Source: Eledone cirrhosa (lineage: Eukaryota). From it: 64,000 bases of DNA. Where the stretch lies: NCBI GenBank assembly GCA_964016885.1, contig OZ024740.1:389422001-389486000 (forward strand). The letters run 5' to 3'. The notes beneath the pieces are model-generated. The model was not told the origin of the DNA, searched no databases, and saw only the letters and a list, made by a program, of their open reading frames with translations. The position numbers and the translations under genes are program-made. Below, piece after piece: positions 1 to 13,430 of this stretch. Numbering within the stretch: position 1 is the stretch's first letter; each line of letters starts with the position of its first letter.

Positions 1-349
1 GCTTTTTCTCTATCCTCATGCTCCTGTGGTGTTACCTCTCTTGTGTTAGTGATGTATGTAGTAGTAGTAGTATATTTTTTTCTTCTTCAATGAAGAAAAG
101 GCAGTGCCCAAGACTCTTTTCAGGGCCTCTAAGACTGGTGGGAGGTTAGATTGGGGAAAGGTATCCTCAAACCGTAGACCTAGTCCGAATATTTGCAACA
201 AAGTACCCTCCGCTAAAGGCTTCCAGGAGCCTGGTGATGGTAAACTGAGCAACAGATTAAGTAGACCACAGCAGGATTTGAACTTAGAATGCAAAGAACT
301 GGATCAAATACTGCAAGTCATTTTGTCTGATTCTCTAAAAAATTTCTAA

Positions 350-975
350 ATCCACTGTTCCGAAGTTCAAGTATCTCAGGGCCATGTTAACGAGTGATGG
401 AAGGCAGGAGGTTGAATTAAGTGCAAGAATTGCAGGAGCTGGTGCAGTAATGTACCAGCTTCAGCATTCAGTAATCAGAAGAAGGGAGATTGGCTTAAAA
501 GCCAAACTCGCTATCGTCAATTTGGTATTCATGCCAACCCTTACCTATTAGCAATGAATCTTAGGTAATAACCAAAAGAATACGATCACGAATACAAGCG
601 GCTGAAATGGGGTTCCTCTCAAGGGTCTTTGGAATAATGTTACTTGATAGAGTGTGTAGCTTGGAGATCAGAGAGCCGCTACTTCTCCGAATTGGGAGAT
701 CACAGCTCCTATACTCTGGGCATGTGGTTAAAATGTCTCAAGAAAGAATCGCTGGACAGATTTTACGGGCAAAACCAACCGGCAAGAGAACTAGGAATTG
801 ACCTCAAGCAAGATGGTTAGATAACATCCATGAGCTTGACTGGTCTCGCTTGGGGATCCAGCCGGATCAGTTGGAGATGGTTGCTTCTGACAGGACCCAC
901 TGAAGGAGTGTTTGAGGACTCTGCCCCCAAAACCTTCTCAGGAATAAGTGGGCGAAGAAGATGGAAGGTTTTTAT
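350..975 (+). mobile_element. Degenerate non-LTR retrotransposon 3' fragment (RTE clade, Expander-like RT C-terminus)
   Basis: Remnants FKYLRAML, RIQAAEMGFL, EPLLLRIGRSQL..GHVVKMSQER with stops and frameshifts. Confidence 0.75.
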
Positions 976-1064
976 ATAAATATATTTTAAAACAAACCAT
1001 TTTGTAGTGTAGCACCAGGGGCAGTTTGATAACAAAAAGGCTAAGTAATAGCTTACATCTGCAA

Positions 1065-1440
1065 ATGATCCAGCTGGATCCCCAAGCAAAACCAACTAAG
1101 CTCATGGATGTTATCCATCCATCTTGCTCATGGTCTGCTTCAGGATCTCGTACCAGTTAATTTTGACCATAGAATTTGTCCAGCAATTCTTTCTTTAGAC
1201 ATTCTAACCATATGTTTGTAGTTCCAGAGCTGAGATCTCTCAATTTAGAGAAGTAGCAGCTCAACCTGGAGTGACTTCCTGATCTCTAAGCTACACAACC
1301 TATTAAGTAACATTACACCAAAGACCTTTTGGAAGAACCCTATTTCAGCTGCTTGTATTTGCAATCATATTCTTTCAGTCATTGCCCAAGATTTGCAAAC
1401 AAAGGTAAGGATAAGCATGAGCACTGAATTGAAGATATAT
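1065..1440 (-). mobile_element. Second copy of the same LINE fragment in inverted orientation
   Basis: Its reverse complement aligns by eye with about 520-875. Confidence 0.75.
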
Positions 1441-2211
1441 GCTGAATATCATCCTCATCATCATTTAACGTCTATTTTCCACACTAGCATGGGTTAGATG
1501 GCTTGTCCCATTTGAGACAAGTCAGGTCAGATGACTGTGTCTTCCTTATACAGAACTGTTTCTGGCTTGGTTTCTACGGATGTATGCCCTTCCTAATACC
1601 AACCACATTTACCATGTGTGCTGGGTGCTTTTTATCATGTCACCTACACAACCACTTTACAGTGTGGATCAAAATCTGCAATAGGCTATCATTTTATCCT
1701 AGTAGTGTGATAATCTTGTTACCACTGCTTTGTGCTTCAAAACTTATCACAATGTCTATTCTGGTCAAACCAATTTAAATTCTTTTCTAATTTACCAGTA
1801 GAGATTTCAAACAGAGAAAGATAATACACCAGTTTAGTCATTCTTGAAATGAGAGACAAAATAGTCACAAAAAGCAAATATAATATTTGGTAGCATTTGG
1901 GTGAAAATGAAAAAATTCAATAATTGATATTTTTATTATATTTGATTTCTTTTTTTTTTTTTTTTGTTTCATATTTTTTTAGTTATTATTCAATGGGATT
2001 ATCTTGTTTAAAAAATGAGATCCCATTGTTCAAATCCTGCCATGGTTGACTTTACCTTCTTTCTAGAGTCAATAGAATAAGCACTAATTAAGTTCTGAAA
2101 TGAATATAATTAACTATACTCTTTTCCTTAAAATGTATGGCCTTTGAATGATGTAGCATAAACAAAGAGTCCTTTTATGTTTAAGTTACTTTTAATATTT
2201 TTTTCTTTTAG

Positions 2212-2851
2212 GCTGTTGATCTTCATCTTCGCCTCCGGCGAGTGGTTGACTTCACAGAAGGCAGTATATATGGCTGGATGTCAGATAAAATACATGACTC
2301 AACTCTAGCCCACTTGATTAGTCGATGTACAGAACTGGAATACATTTATGGCTTCCATCCTCACTACATTGGCCAACGGAGACAAAGAGGAGTTAACATG
2401 TTGAGTATTCCTGGTGTCATTCATGCCATGTCATCAGCTCCAAAACTGAAAGGGATTGAAATTTCAGATATTTTCTTGTTAGAAGCTATTTTGAAATATC
2501 TCCCTAAGCTTGAAATTTTAGGCACATTCAAGAATCGTGATTGCTTCTTCCCAATTTTCTGTAACAATAAACTCTCTCTTCTTTCAAATCCCTTGATTAC
2601 ATCATTACACCTCACTGGAGTTGTCATTCCTGAATTGCCTCGTATGCAGACATTGAAGCATCTGTATCTACGATTTGTACGGCTCACACAGCATCAACCA
2701 TTTCGTGACTTTGCTGCTCCTTCTTTGCGAACTTTTGTTATGGCTCACTGTGCTGGACCTATCAACCCTCTCAGGCACGTTCCATTGATCACATCTTTAG
2801 CTATGGCAAAGTCACTTCAACGTTTGGAGTTACTCAGAGTGCCATTTCTTG
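2212..2851 (+). CDS. FBXO38: FBXO38 exon ([14 protein letters not shown]...LRVPFL), LRR-like region after the F-box
   Basis: ttttctttta-g acceptor, g|gtgagt donor; ORF 2242..2898. Confidence 0.93.
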
Positions 2852-5800
2852 GTGAGTATTTTTATTTCCTCTCTTTGTATATATTTGTTTATCTGTGAAT
2901 AAGAGAGATAGGGCTAATGGAAGTTACTAGACATTTGTCTCTGCTCATCTAGACATGTCAAAAGAGCATCCAGCTGTAAAAGATTATTTCAAAACATCCC
3001 ATCCAATCTATGTTGGCATGGAAAAATTAACATAAAAACAATGATGTGTCTGTGTGTAAAGTAGGTTCAAAGCTCAGATTTTGCCAAACTTGCAATGAAC
3101 TAATATTAATGTCTCTCAACTGCTTAAAGATTGGGTATCAATATTATGTACTATCACAATCTTAGTAAAAACAAAATGGTCATGGATAGGATGTCTTTGA
3201 TTGTTGGTCTGTTCAGTCCAGCTTAACCTAGAGTTAAACAACTTTTTTCTAAGACCAGTTTCATTGTAATCTGTTTTTCAGATTATTATGTTGTTGATCA
3301 TCATAATCTCTTATCTTCAGCTGGTATTCATTATCTAAGCTAATGGTTCATCCTGGAACTTTTATTTTATCATCTGTTGTTCTAACTGCTGGTCTGTTAT
3401 TGGAAGGACAATTGTAGTTATTTTAAAGTACTCTAATCATTTGTCTTTATATTGCTTTTGTTTTGTTTTTCTCAGCATGTCAGGGCTGTGTTGATGGATG
3501 TCTAATTTTTTCTGAAAGAAATTTTATAATGATGTCTATTTTTTTTCAAACAATTTCAAAATGGTTAAAAAATATAATTTGAGATTTTACTAATCAAAAG
3601 GTGTTTGCAAATAAAATAAGTCAATTATTTGAATGAGGGGTGCAAAATTGAATCCCAAACAAGAATTTTGATTTGATATTCCATTCAGCTGTGCTTTTAT
3701 TTATATATTTAAATTTATTTTATGTAATTTTTACTCTAGGTGGACTAATTCAACATATTGTGGATGATAGTTGGCGTGTGCAAGGTTTCCGAAACCTGCA
3801 AGCTATTACATTTGGTGCCTGTAAACATGCTTTAGAAGTGGATCTTGGTTTCCTAATTATTACCTGTGAAGCAAGGTACAGAGTAATTTTCTAATATTGT
3901 ATTGTACATTGTGTGTATCTGGTTTAGAATAAGTACACCGTATCCTTGCATATTGTAAGAAGTGACCAAAGGGGTTGGTATCAGGAAAGGCAACCAGCTG
4001 TAAATCATTGCTAAAAAGTCCTATTCAACCCATGACTGTATGGAAAAATGAAGATCACGTTCTGTTTATCTTAGCTAAATTTGGTGAATGAACTTTCTAC
4101 CTTTTTTGTTTTTTCATTTGAGAATGAGTACAGGTTTCCCTGATTTCATATACAATGAACCATTAACTTTTCTGGCAGTGTACTTGCCACTATAATACTT
4201 CTTTAGTCATCAAAGGCTCTTGAACAACAGACATTTTGAAACTTGTTAAAAGTTAATGATTGAGCATATGCATGGATTTGGGGAGCAATTTGTTTTACAG
4301 CTAGATGTCTTTCCTAGACCACTGCAAAGTAGGGTTCAATATTACAGCTGGAGGTCTTTCCTATTGCTAATTACACCACTGCAAAGTAGGGTTTAAGTAT
4401 TACTGCTAGATGTCTTTCCTATTGCTAATTATACTCACTTGCAAACATTCATACTAGTTCCCAGTTTAAGGATACCCTTCTTCCTACTAATCTCAGAGGC
4501 TCTGCAAAGGGTTGTTTTATAATTACTGCTCTGCTCTTCTCTCCCCAACTAAACAGTAAAAATATAGTAAACGGGATTTGTTAAACTTTGAAGATCAAAC
4601 TTCCCATGTGAGTTGTGCAATATATTTGTCAAGCTATCTTTTTATCTTTTGCTTGTTTTTTAAAAATATTTTACTCTATTTCCATATTTATTCTTCCAGG
4701 TTGACTGATCTTTGTGTGCAACCATCTCTAACAAAGGACAACCTCTTCTCTGCTCTTACTATGGCTGAAGTCACATTCCCAAATTTCAAATCTTTAACTT
4801 TAGGTTTTGTAGATTCTTTCCCTGAACCAGGTAAGCTCCCAACACTGTTACTATCCTTTCTGTCTTTACTCACACTTTGCAGTTGCAAATAAAAATAAAT
4901 GAAAAAATACATATGCTGTGCTGAAAAAGACACACCCAACCCATGCAAGCATGAAACAGCAAATATAAAATAATAATGATGATGATATATAAATATTTAT
5001 TTATTTATTTATTGATTTTAGCTATTTCCATTTTCTATATATACTCTTTTACCTGTTTCAGCCATCTGGCTGAGGCCATGCTGGGGCACCGCCCTTATAT
5101 ATATATATATTTTTTTAAAAGTTTCATTTGCACTCTATTTTTAATAGGTAAATGGACTCCTGAAGAACTTCTGACAGAAGGTCTGGTAGAAGTGCAGGAG
5201 AATCCAGCGATGATCACAGATATTGGAATGAAGGCAGTAGGACGTTGTTTTCCATCTGTTAGCCATATGGAAATCTATAATTGCCCTCATCTTCATTACC
5301 CAAGCTCTTGGTTCCATCCAGGTGATTATATGGGCTTTAGATTTTTTTTTATGTAGTAACGATAAACATTACTTACAAGTTTAAAAGTATTAAATTACTT
5401 ACCAATGTACAAGTTTAAATGTTATTATAGCCTATGGTTATTTAAACTGCAAAGTTAAGAAAGGGCAGCTAACTGTACAAATATTTGCTACATTCAAATA
5501 TTAAAATTTGCAGTTATTAGTTACATTAATAACTTTAACCCTTTAGCATTTAAAGCAGCTGTATCCGGCCAGAGTTCTCTCACCTCTTTCTGTTCAAACT
5601 GGCCATAACTGGCTGCTTATTCCAACATTAAGGTATTGTTCTCAAAATAAATAACATCATCAAAATCTCATAGATTCGATATTATGTGAGATAAAGCCTT
5701 TACTGCAAAAATACAATAGTAATCATCATTCTCATCGTTTAACGTCTATCTTCCACGCTAGCATGGGTTAGACGGGAGTGGTCCCAATTTGAGGCAAGAT

Positions 5801-8800
5801 TGGTCGTGTGACCGTGTCTCGCTCGTATAAGACTATCTGGCAGGTTTTCTATAGCTTGATGCTCTTCCTAACACCAACCACATTTACAGTGTGGACTGGG
5901 GACTTTTTACCGTGTTACCTACACGGCCACATTACAGCGTGGACTGTGTTTTTTGTTGTGACACTTACACGATCTCGATCTCATTATCTCAGTAATATAA
6001 ATGCTAAAGGGTTAAAGCAAGCTCCAAATAAACCAAAAACGATGACCTTGTGTGAATTACAGGTTATAACACCATTTTGTTTTCTTTAAATAGATAATTG
6101 TTTCAACTTTTGGCACAAGGCCAGCAATTACCCAGTACATTACTGGTACTTTATTTTATCAACCCCGTAAGGATGAAAGGCAAAGTTAACCTCGGCGGGA
6201 TTTGAACTCAGAATGGCAAAGGCCGTAACTCTATGCGTCAAAGCATGGCGTCCGACCCTCTACCGATACTGCCAATTCACCGCCCTCATTCTTTAAATAG
6301 ATAATGTCTCTTAAAAAGGCAGGAGCATTACACAATTTCATTTCCACTGCCTCTATAATTGAAAAAAAATTAATATATAATCAAAGGTCTTGAATATAAT
6401 TTGATTTGATTTTGTACAAATGCAATGTAAAAAGATCAAATCTAAAGTTGAAGGGACATATTCTATAACAACAATTAATGCATATGAACTCTTCATCATC
6501 ATCATCAACTTATGTCTACTTTCTATGTTTGAGTGCTCTTCCAAATGCCTACTACGCTACAGAATATACTAGGTGCATTTTATCATGGCACCAGCATTAG
6601 AGAAGCTGTTATTTCTTCAGCAGGATTAAAGAGGTCCTCTCAAACCTATGTTGTCACCACTCATTTGTGAACCACTTCACAGGATAAACTAAATTGAATA
6701 TGCTCATAATTTTTTTTTTTTAATGAAATGCCTAGTAATTAATGATTGATCTAGGTTCTAAAATATTTATTTTCACTGAGTTTGTGCATTCTTCATTCCA
6801 GTTAACCATACATTCCCTACTTCATGTTACAAGTATAACTCTTTCTTCACCCTCCCACATATACTCATGGATTTAAACAATAATGTTTAGTTGAGCGACT
6901 GTCTTGTTGAAGAGGGGTAACTAGATTTATCATTGGTTCTACAACTCAAGATCTTCCATAAATTTATTTATCAGTGGTTTTTAAATAGTTGTATTTTTTA
7001 AAATGTTGAAGGCTGTCTTTAGTACTCTTGTAAGAAAGCAATTTTTTCTTCTACTTTTGTCAGATACCAATTGTTGGTCTAACTTGAAAGATTTACATCT
7101 GAGAAGATGTCATGCAATACGACTTGAAGATTTAAATACATTTATACCAATGTTGCCATCTTTGTTGTCCTTACATTTAGAATTTATGTTGAGGGAACCA
7201 CCCAAAGGCTGTGCAAGGTGAGTGTTTTAATTTTTTTTTCTTTGTACTCATTTTTATTTCCTTAAAGATTGCTTGTAGAAGAATTTTATAAACTTGTTAT
7301 CAAACAAAACATGATTTTAGTTTGTTCCAATTTCATTTACATTACTAATGTCCTTGAGAAAAGCATGAATGGAATGCTTTAGTAATAGGTAGGTTCACAG
7401 GACATCTGTGAACATACCTATTACTAAAGGCATTCCATCTATAACCATATTTTTTTGTGGGTATCTAACATATTCCCATTTTTGAGAAGCATTGAAAATA
7501 TCTTAATTAGATTAGTGATAAACTTAACTGAGAAGAATTTGTATGTGTTGAACTTTTACAGTGTTCTAGTTGTTCAAATAATGGAACAGCTTGCTCTTAA
7601 AATTAACATGCAAGTGGCTGAGCATTCCACAGGCATGTGCAACCTTAATGTAGTTCTCAGAGAGATTCAGCATGACATAGTATGTGTCTACATTGACCCT
7701 TTGAAATACAGGCACAACTCATGTTTGCCAACTAGAGCATTGGGAAATAAAGTGTCTCACGTGTTGCCAGAATTGAAATCACAACCTTACACTTGTGGGC
7801 TGAACCCTATAACCACTAAGCCACACAGTCTCACTGAATTTGTATATGGTGATAGGCACTAAAGATATGTTTCCCGAAACAAATTTCTCTTTAGTATCAA
7901 ACTTTTAAAACTTCAACATCAAATGATAATCCACACAACTTATTCATTGATTCAAAACAGTTGTGAGTAGCATATAAAAACAGTTGTGAGTAGCATATAA
8001 AAACAGTTGTGAGTAGCATATAAAAACAGCAATAGGCATTTAATGTTTTTCTTTTTTTTTCTTTCTTTTAACAGAGTTGGCCTGAGTGCTGGGACTGGGC
8101 TTGGAGTTTCTTCTGCTCTTGTACAGAATAATGGAGCTGATGCCCATAACCAACCGAATGCAGCCGGTGCTGGGGCTGGAAATAATCAAGGAGACCAACC
8201 TCCAGCTGAAGCTGCTGCAGGACCAGCTGCGCCTGCTGAAGCAGCACCTCAAAACAACAACCCAGATGCTGAAGCAGCAGCAGCATACCTTCCTCCTCCA
8301 CCTCCTCCTCCTATGTCACCCCCACCATTGCCACCATCACCTCCACCATTGCCACCTTCACCTGAACAACCTCTACCATCTCCCAACCAACTGCCACCAT
8401 CAACACCACCACTATTGCCTGAACATTCAGCTCCACACTCACCACAGCCACTCTCTCAAGATTCTTCCCCACATCAGTCACCCTTGCATTGTTCAACACA
8501 TCCTCTCTCTACCTCTCAATCTGCTACACCTTCGACCAGCCAGAACTGTATAGCCTCACCCCAGCAGAATGATACCACTGCTGCTGGAAGCAGTAGTTCT
8601 AGTGCAAGCCAGAAACAGAATGGTAAGAAAAGTAGTATTCTATGTAAAGGAAATTCTAGCTGCAGTCAGAAACAGAAAGTAGGTGACACTAATGGTAATA
8701 AAATTGAAGATGTTGAGTTACCTTCTGAAGTTAATCAGAGAAGTGAACCTGAAGGTAGCAGCTCAAGCAAACATCATGAGCCTGACCAGTTGGCTATAGG

Positions 8801-11800
8801 TAATAACCCTGGTTATCTGACAGGCCAAAATGATTTATACTCAGCTGTTAAGGCAGGTCCCTCAGGACTTAATCGTACCTGTTGTTGTACATCTGTTATT
8901 GCAAAAAAGCGGATCAACCACCATTATAGTGAGTATTTCATTATTATTCTAAAATCATTAAATTTTTCTCTTTTCTTTTTATTATTTTTAAACCTTTTCA
9001 AAATTATATTTATTACACATTAACCCTTTAGCATTTAAACCGGCCGTATCTGGCCAGAATTCTTTCACCTCTTTCTATTCAAACCTGTTGTAACTGGCCA
9101 TTCATACTGACGTTAAGTTATTGTTCTTAAAATAAATAATATCAAAATCTCTTAGATGCGATATTATGTGAAGTAAAGCCTTTTCTGTGGAAATATAATA
9201 GTAAATATAAAGTAATGTGAATGCTAAAGGGTTAATATACTGCCTTTGTGTTGCTAGTAATTTTTTAAAGAATCAAAAATTTAGAAGGGTTTTGTAAAAA
9301 TCATTAATTTTCATATTTATCAATATATTCCATGAATCCTGTTTTTTTTAAAATAGAAGCATAGTGTCCTTTCATGTTATAAGAAGTGACTGAAAAGGTT
9401 GGTGTCAAGGACATCTAACAATAAAACACTGCCTCAAAAAATGTTGTCCAACCCATGCCAACACAGAAAAATGGACATAAAAATATTGGTGGTGGCAGCT
9501 GCAACAATACAACATAACAGTTCCTAATGTAAAATTATGGTGCTCCTTTCCCTCAATTTATCCTTCATGTAATAAAATTTCAGTACAAATTTAACTTCAA
9601 ATATGACACTAGTTTGGGTGATTTTAAGATATACTGGCGACGTATGACCTGAGACAATTTTAGATGTGTTGGTATTGTAATGTTTATTTTGTGTTTGAGT
9701 TGTAAGAATATTTGCCAAATTTGCCTTAATTTAGTTGACCTATGAATAAAGGTGTTCCATCTGTGACCTACAACCAGTTTTTTAAGATATGTTGTATTCA
9801 AGACTACATTATCCAATATGTATTTTCCAGATGGTAGGATGTTATTTGAGGGTGGTTTTGGCTACTATTTCTTGCAGGTCAAGCCATCATATAGGAGCTC
9901 ACACATTGTTATGCATAGAAATTATCCCTTAACCCTTTCATTAATAAACCACCATCTGACAACACTGCCACCATTGGTGATATAACACTGCCTCAGTCAC
10001 TGACATAACACTGCCACTATTGGTGACATAACACTGCCTCAGTCACTGACATAACACTGCCACTATTAATGGCATGACACTACCACTATTGTTGACATTA
10101 CACTACCATAGTCTCTGACATAACACTACCTCAGTCTCTGATATAACACTACCTCAGTCTCTGACATAACACTACCTCAGTCTCTGACATAACACTACCT
10201 CAGTCTCTGACATAACACTACCTCAGTCCCTGACATAACACTACCTCAGTCCCTGACATAACAGTACCTCAGTCTCTGACATAACACTACCTCAATCTCT
10301 GACATAACACTACCTCAGTCCCTGACATAACACTACCTCAGTCTCTGACATGACACTACCTCAGTCTCTGACATAACACTACCTCAGTCTCTGATATAAC
10401 ACTACCTCAGTCTCTGACATAACACTACCTCAGTCTCTGACATAACACTACCTCAGTCCCTGACATAACACTACCTCAATCTCTGATATAACACTACCTC
10501 AGTCTCTGACATAACACTACCTCAGTCCCTGATATAACACTACCTCAGTCTCTGACATAACACTACCTCAGTCTCTGATATAACACTACCTCAGTCTCTG
10601 ACATAACACTACCTCATTCTCTGACATAACACTACCTCAGTCTCTGACATAACACTACCTCAGTCTCTGATATAACACTACCTCAGTCTCTGACATAACA
10701 CTACCTCAGTCTCTGATATAACACTACCTCAGTCTCTGACATAACACTACCTCATTCTCTGACATAACACTACCTCAGTCTCTGATATAACACTACCTCA
10801 GTCTCTGATATAACACTACCTCAGTCTCTGACATAACACTACCTCATTCTCTGACATAACACTACCTCAGTCTCTGACATAACACTACCTCAGTCTCTGA
10901 CATAACACTACCTCATTCTCTGACATAACACTACCCCAGTCTCTGATATAACACTACCTCAGTCTCTGACATAACACTACCTCATTCTCTGACATAACAC
11001 TACCTCAGTCTCTGACATAACACTACCTCAGTCCCTGACATAACACTACCTCAGTCTCTGACATAACACTACCTCAGTCTCTGACATAACACTACCTCAG
11101 TCTCTGACATAACACTACCTCAGTCCCTGACATAACACTACCTCAGTCCCTGACATAACACTACCTCAGTCCCTGACATAACACTACCTCAGTCTCTGAC
11201 ATAACACTACCTCAGTCTCTGACATAACACTACCTCAGTCTCTGACATAACACTACCTCAGTCTCTGACATAACACTACCTCAGTCTCTGACATAACACT
11301 ACCTCAGTCTCTGACATAACACTACCTCAGTCTCTGACATAACACTACCTCAGTCTCTGACATAACACTACCTCAGTCTCTGACATAACACTACCTCAGT
11401 CTCTGACATAACACTACCTCAGTCCCTGACATAACACTACCTCAGTCTCTGACATAACACTACCTCAGTCTCTGACATAACACTACCTCAGTCTCTGACA
11501 TAACACTACCTCAGTCTCTGACATAACACTACCTCAGTCTCTGACATAACACTACCTCAGTCTCTGACATAACACTACCTCAGTCTCTGACATAACACTA
11601 CCTCAGTCTCTGACATAACACTACCTCAGTCCCTGACATAACACTACCTCAGTCCCTGACATAACACTACCTCAATCTCTGACATAACACTACCTCAGTC
11701 TCTGACATAACACTACCTCAGTCTCTGATATAACACTACCTCAGTCTCTGACATAACACTACCTCAGTCTCTGACATAACACTGCTATCATATCACTGCC

Positions 11801-13385
11801 ACTATTGCTGATATTATAATACCTCAGTCTCTGACATAACACTGCCACTATTGCTGACATAACACTATCTCAGTCTCTGATGTAACACTGCCATTATCTT
11901 TAGTGTTACAGTTGTTAATTTTTCGAATTAAAAATTAGGATATTATTGAAACATGTTTGTTGAAGGATTCTACTAGAGAAATGGTTGCTTAATTTGAAGA
12001 TTTTTAACCTTTTTTTTTTTCAGGTCATAAAAACACAAAAGTTTCAAAGTGTTCTGCAATAAAGACTAGTAAGCATGCTACAAAGTCTAACCTGCACCCC
12101 AAAGAAGCATATACCTGCCACAGTCCTCCAGTTTGTGCTACCTCTACTGATACATCAGCTCAACCATCAACAAGTGGCTTAAATATCTGCAAACCGGATT
12201 TTGTGACCAACACCGGCATTCCACCTGTTGCAAGTGTTTCTTCAGCATCAAAACAATGCACTCACAGTGGCAGTAATAGTAGTAGTAGAGAAAGTGAGCT
12301 TGGCGGTGATAGTAATGATGGAATGAGTGGTCATTGTAGTTGTAATGAAAACAATATTATTGGTGATAACTGTAATAATAGTAGTAAAGTTCGGAAATGT
12401 TGTAATAATGTAAATGATGTTAGCAATCACAATAGTGCCAATCAATGGTTACCAGAGAAACATAACAAAAACTTAAGTAATATGGCTCAGAGGAAGAGGA
12501 TGAGAGAGCCAAGTAATTATTGTCCCTCACGAGCAGCAGAAATAGAAAGGGAACAAGCCAAGTCGCAATTTTCTAGCAGTACCGTTTCGGAAACACTATC
12601 AGCTTCTTCTTCAGTTTCTAGTGGTGAGTGCAGTTCAAGTACTACTATCGGCCACATGCACAAGTGCAACGTATCCTCACCCACTAAGAAATGTCTACAT
12701 AAGTCCTTAAACAAAAGAGACAGACCTTCTTCAAAGTCCTCTGAAAGTTGTTCTAGCGTCTCAGAACCTCAGCCTTCTACATCGTCAACAGACAGTGTAT
12801 TTAATATGGCACCACCAACCTGTGATAAATCAGCTGCTGTCCCACCAGCAATATCCAATAATATGCATTCTTCTGCTGATACCAATGCCTTAATCAGCAG
12901 AAACCACTGCAATAGTAAATGCTTTAATGAAAACAACCTGCCTTCAAGTTCTTGTACTGCTCACAACACCACTGGAACACACTTGGAAGAAAAATGTACA
13001 GGAAATAGAATTCCTGTTGTGTCAACATCACCGAAAGGGAAGTGCCTTCGAAGTGGATTCAGAACAGTCCTGAAAAGCAGTGCTAAGACAACAACTAAGT
13101 CAAAAAAAGGCTGTGATAGTTCATCCCTACCATTGCCACCCCCATTACCTTTCTCTTCACCATCATCGTCGTCATCATCATCATCATCATCGTCATTTTC
13201 TGGCAGTGGACCTGTCAAAATGAACCAGTCTTGTCAAGCTGTCAGTGAAGAAATTCGAGAGACTACAAAGAAAGCAAAAGAAAATGAAGATGCCAACAAG
13301 TCAGCTGAAAATGCTAATGGCAGTGACAGAACGGCGTCGTCATCATCAGCAATAAGCAACAGCAGAAGCAGTGGCTCGGATCGTA

Positions 13386-13430
<45 letters not shown>

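Noticed and set aside
46-349. ORFs at the window start as the FBXO38 F-box exon
   Set aside because: No F-box-like sequence and no compatible splice sites; adjacent to LINE debris
6099-6288. tRNA genes suggested by A/B boxes here and at 19850-19912 and 61425-61490
   Set aside because: No full cloverleaf; embedded in repeated SINE bodies with tails or TSDs
7455-7862. 135-aa ORF in an FBXO38 intron
   Set aside because: Overlaps a degenerate SINE (about 7600-7830); the flanking exons join in frame without it
8086-8553. 155-aa His/Leu-rich overlapping ORF
   Set aside because: Alternative-frame shadow of the CCA/CCT-rich FBXO38 exon
9955-11893. CRISPR-like array
   Set aside because: Units are contiguous with no unique spacers, there are no cas genes, and the context is a eukaryotic intron
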